A DNA stretch of 64,000 nt from Candidatus Saccharimonadota bacterium. Its GTDB lineage: Bacteria; Patescibacteriota; Saccharimonadia; Saccharimonadales; SLHW01. Shown here one piece after another: positions 54,842 through 63,846 of this stretch; the first letter of the stretch is position 1, and the number at the start of each line of letters is the position of its first letter. The position numbers were made by a program, and so were the translations under genes. Where the stretch lies: contig JAGXIU010000003.1 in NCBI GenBank assembly GCA_024635455.1, positions 67,966 through 131,965 of the forward strand, in the 5' to 3' direction. The notes below the pieces were generated by a model. The model worked only from the letters and a program-made list of their open reading frames with translations, had not been told where the DNA came from and made no database searches.

Positions 54842-57800
54842 TTAGCCATTTATCAAGTCGTTCTCAAACTCCATGATGCCATCAAAGTTTGCCTCGTAGT
54901 GTGATGTATCAATGAAGTCTAGATTGGTTATCTTTTGCCATACAGCTGCGATAAGTGACTCCATTCTTGAAATATCTTCCTGACTTGGATGATAGCTACG
55001 AGAAAAATCTTTTTTATGCTCTGCTTCTAGATAGACCATCTCGCCTTCTACATCAATAGTGTCGTTAAATCGTGGACTATGCTTGAGTAAGATAGCATAG
55101 AAAATAAGCTGTGTTTTTTGTCGCCAAGCTTTTTCTTGTAAGGATTTGTCCTTTGTCGTGAATCCTCGTAGTGGTTTACCTGTTTTATAGTCGATTACTC
55201 GTGCCTGGTTTTTGCTTATGTAGTCAAGTCGGTCAATCTTTCCATTGAGGCGTGCTTTCCCAACAAGTATGTCTCGAAATGCCTGCTCCGGTTTACTGCC
55301 CTTCGGTAGTTCGAGGCCAAGCTCATCAAACAAGCGACGTATAGTATCAATACCGTGCTGTTCGTATCGAGCGTGCTCGTCATTATCGAGCCGTTCTTGG
55401 GCAAGTGCTTCTGTGTAAACCTCTTCTAGCTTACTGGTTGAAATATTTCCTCGGTTTTGCTGAAGTTGAGCTTCTTGAAGCACGGCATGCATAGCAGTAC
55501 CGAACGCCATACTAGTGGTTTTTGCTGACGGTAAGCGTAATAGATTGCGCTCCATAAAATATTGTGGCCCACCAGAAGTGACGTCTAGGAAATTTAAGAG
55601 GTGAGTCACGCTTAATTGATAGCTTTCTAGTCTACCCTGCAGGTAGGCGTTCATCTGGCCTGTCTCGATAGTTGGCCAACGCAAATGCTCCTCAAGGGTT
55701 TCGATTATCGCTAAACTATCCTGGGCTTTAATATCTTCGGATTGCGAGAAGCTATTTCGAATGAGCGGTGTTGGCAACACTTCTTTGCCAGCATGATCAT
55801 AGCGATAGCTGGTTGCGATGACATCACATTTTGCACGAGTGACCGCAACGTACATCATGCGAGCATAGTCATCATTGTCGTCACCATGGGGCTGTAGCGG
55901 CAGATTGGCTGGCGGCTTTCTCCCACCAGCGCGTGGCTGCCAGTTTTCTTCGACTGCATCAATAATGTAGACCGTATCAAACTCGAGACCTTTCGCCTTA
56001 TGTACTGTCAGTAGCTCAACTGAATCTTCGGCTTGAACAAATGGTGACTCGTCAGTAATAAATTGCTGATTTTCACGGTGTATCTGTAGAAAACGCAAAA
56101 AATCATTAAGGTTTGGCTGCTGATCTTCTTTCAGGAAGTCCTGTAATGCTGAGCGCAGGAGCTGAACTGCAGAAAGTCCGTAAAGGTACGTATCGGTGTC
56201 TTGCCTGTCCTCAAAATAAAACTGTCTCATCGGGCTGATAAAGACTTCCGATTCTCGAAGGCCAAGTAAATGTTCAATCAAAATCGGTAACGGCTGCCGT
56301 GCATTCTCGCTACTCAACCAGTGTAGCCACTCAGCAATAGCATTCAGCTTACTGATCGGACTTTTTGTCATGGTATCGAGCCAGTTCGGTTGTCGGTAGT
56401 TATCGACTGCGATTTGCCATAGATCTTTTGCATCTATGCCCCAGGCTGGATAGCGGAACAAGTGGCTGAGGCTATAGTTGACGGATTCTACATCCCCTTC
56501 TTCTATTGCTAACACTGCGCTGGACATCAGTTCTAGTTGTTGAACAATCTCGTGGTCAAGAATATTTCTCTGTTGTTCGTAGCGAACTGGCACATTTTTC
56601 CGTAGTAACAGGTCAGCTATCATGCGTAGACTGCTGTGGCTTCGGGCGATTACAGCAGTGTCTCCATATGATTTTTGCTTCGCAATGCTAGCAACAATAG
56701 CGCTAAGTTGTTCCTCACGGGAATTATAGCTGCGATGGATGATGGTGCCTTTTCGTTGCGGCGGATTTTTGGCGATTAGATCTTTCGATATGTCAGAGCG
56801 GCGCTTGACGATGCGGTCCTCTGCATGGTCAATGACCTTGGCAGCAGTATCGAGAACAGCTTGGCTGGATCGGTAGTTCTCGGTTAGTACGATGAGTTCT
56901 GCCGATGGATAGCTCCTGGTAAACCCGAGCATATTATTGAGCTCCGCTCCGTTAAATCGAAATATGGACTGGTCATCATCGCCAACCGTCATAATATTTG
57001 GTTTGTTATTGGCACTGTGATGATCAGAAACTAAATGAGCAAGTCGCATCTGCGCGTCATTTGTATCCTGAAACTCATCGATAAGTACATAGAGGAATCG
57101 CTCTTGAACGTCTGCCCGCAAGTCATCTCTTTGTTCAATCTGACTGATAACCTCTACTAGCATGTCGGCGTAATCATAGTAGCCTCTGTTATGTAGTTCT
57201 GAGCGATAAGATTGGTAGACATCTGCCAATGAGCGCCACCAACTGTTACGCTTGCGCTCATCAAACATCCCCTTCTCTCCTGCTACGGTTTGTATCCATC
57301 GCCGTTTCCACTTTCCGGTGTTTTCGGATTTGTTGGTACCTTCATCAAGCGCTATCGCCTCACTCAAGCTCTCTTTGATGCTTATGTCTAGCGGCAGCAA
57401 CGGCTTTGCTTCTTCGCTCAGTCCCTGTGGCGGTAAGGTGTCAATTTTATCTTGTAGCTCACCAAGTTTATTAGCGCTTAGCTTTGCAGATAGTATCTCA
57501 ACCAACTCAGGCTCTATCACGTCTATGTAGGTTTGATTGAGTTGGATTGTTGCTGCTAGTTTTTCTGGTGTTAGGCCAGCTTCTTTTGCGAGTTTTAGTC
57601 CTTTTTGTACGTCACTAATTGCAGTGAACTGTCCGGCAAACTTCATGGCAAGTGGATTATCGAGTGGTAATTTGGTGAGGATATCTTGGATAATCTCAAT
57701 TTGTACAGCATCGGGTGCAGTTGATAGTCGTGCCCCATTCCAGAAATACTCAGGGTATATATTCATTATCTCGGCCGCAAAACTATGGAATGTTTTGACG

Positions 57801-58060
57801 ACAACTTTATGTGCATCGACTCCGATAAGCTCCGTTAGCCTATCCCGCATATTAGTTGCAGCCTTATTTGTAAATGTTAGACACAGTATAGTCGAGGCAT
57901 CTGTGTCAGTTTGCTTCAAGATATTAGCGACACGGGCGCTTAAGAGTTGCGTTTTCCCGGTGCCGGGGCCGGCAATGACTAATAGTGGGCCATCAATAGT
58001 ATCAACTGCTTTACGTTGCTCTGGGTTCAGCTGATTATATATTTCAGAAAATTTACTCAT
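54842..58060 (-). CDS. UvrD/PcrA/AddA-type SF1 helicase fused to a C-terminal PD-(D/E)XK nuclease domain
   Basis: 1072 aa. Walker A AGPGTGKTQ, motif II DEFQDTN, VHKAKGLEFD. Nuclease motif GKIDRLDY...VIDYKTGK. SD AGGAGG. Confidence 0.85.
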   Translation of the reverse strand: MSKFSEIYNQLNPEQRKAVDTIDGPLLVIAGPGTGKTQLLSARVANILKQTDTDASTILCLTFTNKAATNMRDRLTELIGVDAHKVVVKTFHSFAAEIMNIYPEYFWNGARLSTAPDAVQIEIIQDILTKLPLDNPLAMKFAGQFTAISDVQKGLKLAKEAGLTPEKLAATIQLNQTYIDVIEPELVEILSAKLSANKLGELQDKIDTLPPQGLSEEAKPLLPLDISIKESLSEAIALDEGTNKSENTGKWKRRWIQTVAGEKGMFDERKRNSWWRSLADVYQSYRSELHNRGYYDYADMLVEVISQIEQRDDLRADVQERFLYVLIDEFQDTNDAQMRLAHLVSDHHSANNKPNIMTVGDDDQSIFRFNGAELNNMLGFTRSYPSAELIVLTENYRSSQAVLDTAAKVIDHAEDRIVKRRSDISKDLIAKNPPQRKGTIIHRSYNSREEQLSAIVASIAKQKSYGDTAVIARSHSSLRMIADLLLRKNVPVRYEQQRNILDHEIVQQLELMSSAVLAIEEGDVESVNYSLSHLFRYPAWGIDAKDLWQIAVDNYRQPNWLDTMTKSPISKLNAIAEWLHWLSSENARQPLPILIEHLLGLRESEVFISPMRQFYFEDRQDTDTYLYGLSAVQLLRSALQDFLKEDQQPNLNDFLRFLQIHRENQQFITDESPFVQAEDSVELLTVHKAKGLEFDTVYIIDAVEENWQPRAGGRKPPANLPLQPHGDDNDDYARMMYVAVTRAKCDVIATSYRYDHAGKEVLPTPLIRNSFSQSEDIKAQDSLAIIETLEEHLRWPTIETGQMNAYLQGRLESYQLSVTHLLNFLDVTSGGPQYFMERNLLRLPSAKTTSMAFGTAMHAVLQEAQLQQNRGNISTSKLEEVYTEALAQERLDNDEHARYEQHGIDTIRRLFDELGLELPKGSKPEQAFRDILVGKARLNGKIDRLDYISKNQARVIDYKTGKPLRGFTTKDKSLQEKAWRQKTQLIFYAILLKHSPRFNDTIDVEGEMVYLEAEHKKDFSRSYHPSQEDISRMESLIAAVWQKITNLDFIDTSHYEANFDGIMEFENDLING

Positions 58061-58156
58061 TGTTACCTCCTAGTGTAGCGTGGATAGTAGAAAATTTTGT
58101 GAAAAAATTAATGCCTATGCTTGTCGGCATGTATTTCAGTGCGCTATTATCCCACC

Positions 58157-58549
58157 ATGATAAAGCCAGAAGTTGAGCCCACACCAGAACATGATCAGCT
58201 AATAACTGAGGCAGATTTTCGCACAGGTTTGCTCATATCTGTTGCGATTCAGGCATATGTTGAGTCGGACGACCAATTGTACAGTCCATTACCAGATGAT
58301 TTGAAACAAGTCGCCAAGCAACAAGGTCTTATTCTAGATGCTGATACTGACGATCCAACTGCTCCGATTGGCAAATATGTAGACGATGACGAAGAGCTAT
58401 GTAAATGGATCGAACGAGATAGCGATGATAATTATGTGTTGACGTCTGCCGCTACCCAACAGATGTCTTCTGTTTACGCTAATCTCGGCTCAAACCCAAT
58501 TGCCTGGCGTACACTCGACAGCGTTATTTTAAATACGCTTCCCGAATAA
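58157..58549 (+). CDS. Acidic hypothetical protein
   Basis: 130 aa from the only in-frame ATG (the ORF track uses TTG at 58121). No SD, so the start is uncertain. Confidence 0.5.
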   Translation: MIKPEVEPTPEHDQLITEADFRTGLLISVAIQAYVESDDQLYSPLPDDLKQVAKQQGLILDADTDDPTAPIGKYVDDDEELCKWIERDSDDNYVLTSAATQQMSSVYANLGSNPIAWRTLDSVILNTLPE

Positions 58550-58554
58550 ATAAT

Positions 58555-58578
58555 AAGACCGCCTATGGTGGCGGCCTT
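58555..58578. terminator. Bidirectional stem-loop terminator between convergent genes
   Basis: AAGACCGCC-TATGGT-GGCGGCCTT. T-rich flanks on both strands. Confidence 0.65.
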
Positions 58579-58605
58579 ATCTTAGATTGTTTTTTGCTTG
58601 AGATA

Positions 58606-58773
58606 CTAGGTCGAGTTGTGTCGAAGTTTTCTCCAGCGTCTGGCTTGTAAGCGCTTGGCTTTTAGCTTCCAGCTGTTGTCGAGTGGCTCTTCGAGCAAAT
58701 CGATCATTAGGCTGTCATTTTTTATTTCTGAAGTTTGTATTGGTTTGGCCCATCGTTTTGTTTCGTACTTCAT
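58606..58773 (-). CDS. 55-aa basic small protein (hypothetical)
   Basis: I preferred the start MKYETKRW at 58773 because of the GGGGAGG SD. The C-terminus is Arg/Lys-rich (KLKAKRLQARRWRKLRH). Confidence 0.5.
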   Translation of the reverse strand: MKYETKRWAKPIQTSEIKNDSLMIDLLEEPLDNSWKLKAKRLQARRWRKLRHNST

Positions 58774-58890
58774 GGTGACCTCCCCTGCCCTCACTAAGTT
58801 TGCATTATCATAGTATCTATATATATGTATCTTTGCAGTGACCTTGGTCACATAATAGCTTGATAAATATCACACATAAATAAAATGTAC

Positions 58891-58919
58891 TTGCGTTGTT
58901 GGTAAAAACGTCGCATAAT
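58891..58919 (+). promoter_or_regulatory. Candidate promoter of the giant surface protein gene (TTGCGT-17 nt-CATAAT)
   Basis: Read directly from the sequence. It implies a ~145-nt 5' UTR. Confidence 0.4.
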
Positions 58920-59070
58920 TAAGCATAGAATAAACAGGGTGGTGCTTTACAACTAATTCGAGTATCAACATGGGAGGCGTTGAACCATTCTCAGTAATCT
59001 GGTCGCTTAGAGAATGATGAGCCAATAGCGAAACCGAGCCATGCTGAATCTTACACAAGGGAGATTCAAC

Positions 59071-62000
59071 ATGAGTACGGCTTTATCAATAGGTAATAAA
59101 CAATCGATTCTAGATATTTTTGGACGAGCGCGCAATATTTTGTTGGCGCTCGTTTTTGCTTCCACGCAACTAATCGTGCCATTAAGTGTGCTAACCGAAT
59201 CAGTCCAAGCAGCCGGACCTGGAACTATAGATGTCTCTACCCATCAAGCCCAGCTGAAGGATGGAGCGAATGGCAACTTACTCGGATACACTACAGGCAG
59301 CAGCAATATTACAACCTATTCCGAGCTTGATTCGCTTAATATCCGGTTTGATATAGAAGCTAATGGGGCGCTCGCAGGTCAAATGCAGATCGAATTCACG
59401 TCAAACGATACAGGTTGTTTGTTCTTTGATGGTAGTTTTGGTTTAGGTACCCACGATGCTTCTGCCCCTACACTAACGAATGTAACAGGTAGTGCACCAA
59501 GTATCAGTACAGTCGACGTACCCGACGATAATGGAAACGATTGGGTTCAGGTATTGTATGTAGATTTCGAAGGTTCTGGTTCAGCAACCGTAAACTACTA
59601 TCTGACTTTTAGTGACGAAGCTGGAGAGTGTAGCAACGGTTCGCCGCAGCACTCACGACTCGCGAATGGGCCTGAACCTGGTGATTTTTCAAATATTGGT
59701 GACCAGAACATCCCGATTCCTTCCCGTGCGATTATCGAACTGCCCGAAATATTTATAGAAAAATGGGTCGACGTAGACGGTGACGGCGAGGTTGATCGGC
59801 GTGCGCTAGAGGGTGAATGGTCTTTTTCATTGGACGGCGGAGATCCAGTATCGACGGATGAAAACGGAAAAGTTGTGTTCAGCAACGTAATTCCTGACGG
59901 TGAGCATACTATAACAGAGCACAATGGTCCGTCTGGACAGAGTTTTATTTCAGGCGAAGGAGATAGTTGTGAATTTGATATTGACGGTGTTGCCACGGCA
60001 AATGTAGCGGCAGGAACGACAGCCGCAGACGCTATATGTACCTTTAATAACGGTGTATCCCCTGGGTCTATATCAATCACGAAGGATGCCGTGTCGAACA
60101 ACCTTACTGACTTTGACTTTACCGCCACTGGCGATGGTGTCGATGCTTTCACGCTTGATGATGACTACGGTGTGACAGGCTCGGATAATATATACGATAA
60201 CGAGAAAACTTTCCCTGGACTATCTGCTGGTACGTACACATTCACTGAGGCAGACGTTGCCGGTTGGGATTTAACTGATATATATTGCGAAGACGAGGAT
60301 AACAATGAGTTGAGTGGGGATTACTTCGATTTAACTACTGCTACTGCAACTGTTGACTTGGCGCCCGGCCAAAACGTCACCTGTACATTCAAAAATGTCG
60401 AGCGAGCTCAAGTGATGCTTGAAAAGATTACTGACCCGGACGGTGATATAACAGCCTTTGGCTTAACTTCTAAAGTCGATAGCGAAGGCTCCGAAATATT
60501 TACAAGTGACGATACATTCAGCACAGAAAAAGACGCAGAGTTCACCATGCGCCCAGGAACTTATAGCTTTACTGAAGTAGAAAATGATGATTGGCGACTC
60601 ACGAACATTGTCTGTGATGGCACGGAGCAGTCCGCGAACAATATTGCAAACCGAACGGCAGAAATAACCGTAGCCGCCGGAGATGACATTACTTGTACAT
60701 TTACAAATACAAAGCTCGCAACATTGACGATTGTTAAACAAGCGTTACCCCAATCCTCTACCCCGTTTTCGTTCTTAACTCGAATTGGCGTTGAAGAGGG
60801 CGAAGAAGACCGAGAGTTCACATTGATCGACCAAGAAGACGGCGAAGAAGGTGCGAATACAGAAGTATTTGACGAATTAATGCCAGGTGACTACGACGTT
60901 ACAGAGACGTTTACAGACGGGTGGAGGCTGACTGACGTAGCCTGCACGATGAACAATGAAACTTATGGGTTTACTCAAAACACCATTCTTGATGAGGCCG
61001 ACCAAGAAATTGCTGAAAAAATAAACGTTGCGCTTACTGCTGGCGATGACGTAACCTGCACTTTCACGAACACTCAACTACTCTCAATCGGTGGTATTAA
61101 ATACCTCTGGACAGAAAGCGGCCTATCCCGCCCTACCGCTACAACCCCATGGACGGTTGAGCTATGGCTCCAGGGTGACACTGAATTCGAGAAGATCGAT
61201 GAAACCACCACTGATGAGAGTGATGGAAGCTATAGCTTCACTGACTTGTTGCCAGGAATCTATCAGTTACGTGAGCTAACTTCTGAGTTAGTAGGCTGGA
61301 CGCAAACAATCATACCTGCTGACATAACGCTAGAAGCTGGTGATATAGTCGTCGACGCTAATCTCGAAAACTTCGAGCACGCGAGCGTATCCGGCTACAA
61401 ATGGAACGATGCCGACGGAGATGGTGTGTGGGACGGCAACGAGGATGCAATTAAGGACTGGACCATCACACTAGAGAGACAAGAAGGTGATAGCTGGGTA
61501 CCCTACCCTGACACTACTAATAACACCACCCAGACTAGCGATGAAGGTCAGTACGATTTCGATGGTTTGCAATTGCTAGAGGAAGAAGCTGGCGTATTTA
61601 CAGCTCCAATGTACCGAGTCTGTGAAGAAGACCGCTCGCCTACCTGGGAACAGACGTACCCAGTCGAGAGCGACTGTCATGAATTTACCATTATCGAATC
61701 TGGCGAAGGATTTATAGGAAACTCTGGCGTTGCCGAAGACTTCAACTTTGGTAACCGTGGCTTCGGTACAATTACTGTTCAGAAAACCGCCTTCACTACA
61801 TCCGAAGAAGCAACAACATTTGCCTTTGAGGTTGACAGCCTTGATTACGATGACGAGTATAGTATCGACTCAATCTCCGTCATCGGACAAGGCACAGAAT
61901 CAGCTGAATCGATTACAGTTGCAGCTGGTTCGTATGAGTTTACAGAAAACGTACCAGAGGGTTGGATACTTCTAGGCTCTTTTTGTAGCACTGAAGAGTC

Positions 62001-63099
62001 TGCCGAAGACTTTACTGTGCTAGCTGGAGGCAATGTTACCTGTACTTTTGTGAACCAAGAGTTAGCAACTGTGAACGTAACCAAGTTTAACGACTTTAAC
62101 GGCAATGGCGAGTGGGATAGCGAGATTGAGCCAACACTCTCAGATTGGGAAATGACCTTAGCGTGTGAACTAGTGCCAGAAAACGGCAATGGGGTAAGTC
62201 CAACTTTTACTGACTTCAGTGAAGAGATACCGTTCTTTCCTACACGATCCTGTTTGGACGACACAGAATCAGAGTTTGAGCTGCTGCAGCCAATCGATAA
62301 CGAATTTACCGATGACGAGGGTGTAGCTACGTTTACGAACCTGTTGACAGGGCCATACACCTTTGGCGAAGTTCAGCAAGACGGCTGGCAACAAACTGGC
62401 ATCTACTGTGAGTCTGATAACCAAGAATTCACTGGCAATCAACTATTTGTCTTAGCTGGGCAGACACAAGAGTGCTTCATCGGCAATGCACAAGACCTTG
62501 TACTGAACCTTGATAAGACGAACGACACGCCAGAGACAACGGTTGTCGGCGATATCGTTACCTATACATTGACGGTCTCTGTACCAGAAGACAGCGGAGT
62601 CTCCTATAACACCACTGTGGTTGACCTATCCCCAGAGAACTTCATAGTTGATAACGCAACTACGGTATCAACCCTCGTCTCAAGTCCAAATCGACCATCA
62701 GGTGAGGTGTTCGCTGGCATTAACGCTACATATGCTTCTCCAGGAACATGGCAGCTCGGAACGCTCTATCCAGGTGACGTCGTTGAGCTTACGTACGAAA
62801 CAGAGATATTAGAGAATGTCAGTCCGGGTACCTATCCTGATATTGCCTATGCCCGTGGCGGAACAGTCCCAATTCTGGAAGAAAACGAGACAGTCTATTC
62901 TAACGTCCACTTGGCTGCTGTAAGCGATCCATTTGTCGGCACTGAAGTAACAGTCGCACAAGTAACAGGAGAAGTTCTCGGCGTACAGACGCTTGCAAGA
63001 ACTGGGGCGCCATTACTATGGCAACATGCAGCTATACCAATACTGTTGATCGGACTTGCCGCCGCACTTGTTCGACGCGAAACGAAAGGAGCGCTCTAA
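59071..63099 (+). CDS. Giant cell-wall-anchored surface protein/adhesin: signal peptide, tandem Ig-like (prealbumin/Cna-B/SdrD-B-type) repeats, DUF11-like domain, LAxTG sorting signal
   Basis: 1342 aa from the ATG at 59071 (SD GGGAGA). Repeated W(D/R)LT.I.C...(V/I)TCTF.N modules and three DxDGDG-type loops. C-terminus LARTG + hydrophobic stretch + RRETK. Confidence 0.9.
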   Translation: MSTALSIGNKQSILDIFGRARNILLALVFASTQLIVPLSVLTESVQAAGPGTIDVSTHQAQLKDGANGNLLGYTTGSSNITTYSELDSLNIRFDIEANGALAGQMQIEFTSNDTGCLFFDGSFGLGTHDASAPTLTNVTGSAPSISTVDVPDDNGNDWVQVLYVDFEGSGSATVNYYLTFSDEAGECSNGSPQHSRLANGPEPGDFSNIGDQNIPIPSRAIIELPEIFIEKWVDVDGDGEVDRRALEGEWSFSLDGGDPVSTDENGKVVFSNVIPDGEHTITEHNGPSGQSFISGEGDSCEFDIDGVATANVAAGTTAADAICTFNNGVSPGSISITKDAVSNNLTDFDFTATGDGVDAFTLDDDYGVTGSDNIYDNEKTFPGLSAGTYTFTEADVAGWDLTDIYCEDEDNNELSGDYFDLTTATATVDLAPGQNVTCTFKNVERAQVMLEKITDPDGDITAFGLTSKVDSEGSEIFTSDDTFSTEKDAEFTMRPGTYSFTEVENDDWRLTNIVCDGTEQSANNIANRTAEITVAAGDDITCTFTNTKLATLTIVKQALPQSSTPFSFLTRIGVEEGEEDREFTLIDQEDGEEGANTEVFDELMPGDYDVTETFTDGWRLTDVACTMNNETYGFTQNTILDEADQEIAEKINVALTAGDDVTCTFTNTQLLSIGGIKYLWTESGLSRPTATTPWTVELWLQGDTEFEKIDETTTDESDGSYSFTDLLPGIYQLRELTSELVGWTQTIIPADITLEAGDIVVDANLENFEHASVSGYKWNDADGDGVWDGNEDAIKDWTITLERQEGDSWVPYPDTTNNTTQTSDEGQYDFDGLQLLEEEAGVFTAPMYRVCEEDRSPTWEQTYPVESDCHEFTIIESGEGFIGNSGVAEDFNFGNRGFGTITVQKTAFTTSEEATTFAFEVDSLDYDDEYSIDSISVIGQGTESAESITVAAGSYEFTENVPEGWILLGSFCSTEESAEDFTVLAGGNVTCTFVNQELATVNVTKFNDFNGNGEWDSEIEPTLSDWEMTLACELVPENGNGVSPTFTDFSEEIPFFPTRSCLDDTESEFELLQPIDNEFTDDEGVATFTNLLTGPYTFGEVQQDGWQQTGIYCESDNQEFTGNQLFVLAGQTQECFIGNAQDLVLNLDKTNDTPETTVVGDIVTYTLTVSVPEDSGVSYNTTVVDLSPENFIVDNATTVSTLVSSPNRPSGEVFAGINATYASPGTWQLGTLYPGDVVELTYETEILENVSPGTYPDIAYARGGTVPILEENETVYSNVHLAAVSDPFVGTEVTVAQVTGEVLGVQTLARTGAPLLWQHAAIPILLIGLAAALVRRETKGAL

Positions 63100-63833
63100 T
63101 GAAACGCGCACTACGACAACTCTCACTAGTACTTACCTTGCCACTAATATTTGCCGGTGTAGTAAGTGCATCCAGCCACTACTGGAAGATTGAAATATCA
63201 GACCCAACTACCACAAACCAGTTACGAACTTTTAACGTTGAGTACACTGCCCTATCAGTTGATCCGACTGATCAGACAACTGTTGATTTGCTTGAGAATG
63301 GCACGCAGATAGATACCGACACAACGCCTGGTGGCGGTGGTTCAGGGGCATTTGAGGTCACAGTAGAAGAAGACGGTACCTTTGTCTACCAATTGCGAGC
63401 GACCAGCAGTTTAGATAGCACAACTAAGGTTTCTGAAGCACGAGCTGTCACTGTAGAGACGCCTGAAGGTCAAGACGAATCAATAATCATTGTTGAAACA
63501 GATCTAACCCCAGAACAAGAAGCTGGCTTAATAGCGGCTGGCGTAGATGGTGCCGCTGGTGGCGGTGGCGGTGATGTTGCGGGTGCTACTGATGGCGGCG
63601 GTGCTGCTGATGGTACCAACCAAGACGGTGAGATCTCTGACGAAGCAGCAACGACATCAACCGATGAAGGAGACGTGCTTGGCGTAGAAGACACTGCTGA
63701 AGATGCAGCAGCAGCTGGCATGAGCAATACAGTTCGCATAGTGTTAGCGATCTTAGCCGTTTTGCTCATAGCTTACTACTGGTTCTTTTACAGAAACGGC
63801 CAAGTCAATCCGTTCTCTCGTACTGAAGACTAA
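63099..63833 (+). CDS. Secreted, C-terminally membrane-anchored protein with a Gly/Ala/Asp-rich linker (hypothetical)
   Basis: 244 aa from the ATG at 63099 (TAATG overlap with the adhesin stop). Signal peptide LSLVLTLPLIFAGVVSASS. C-terminal TM IVLAILAVLLIAYYWFFY. Confidence 0.7.
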   Translation: MKRALRQLSLVLTLPLIFAGVVSASSHYWKIEISDPTTTNQLRTFNVEYTALSVDPTDQTTVDLLENGTQIDTDTTPGGGGSGAFEVTVEEDGTFVYQLRATSSLDSTTKVSEARAVTVETPEGQDESIIIVETDLTPEQEAGLIAAGVDGAAGGGGGDVAGATDGGGAADGTNQDGEISDEAATTSTDEGDVLGVEDTAEDAAAAGMSNTVRIVLAILAVLLIAYYWFFYRNGQVNPFSRTED

Positions 63834-63846
63834 TTCAACTTTAACC

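Noticed and set aside
57537-58034. 165-aa plus-strand ORF (and 57252..57530) antisense to the helicase-nuclease gene
   Set aside because: Shadow ORF inside a CDS with clear SF1 motifs, and the sequence reads as non-protein-like (S/C/F-rich).
59598-62360. Long antisense ORFs inside the adhesin gene (59598..60152, 184 aa; 61845..62360, 171 aa; plus shorter ones)
   Set aside because: They lie fully inside a strongly supported 1342-aa CDS. Their translations are low-complexity S/P/V-rich and they have no SD or promoter context. They are shadow ORFs caused by the repeat and codon bias of the sense gene.
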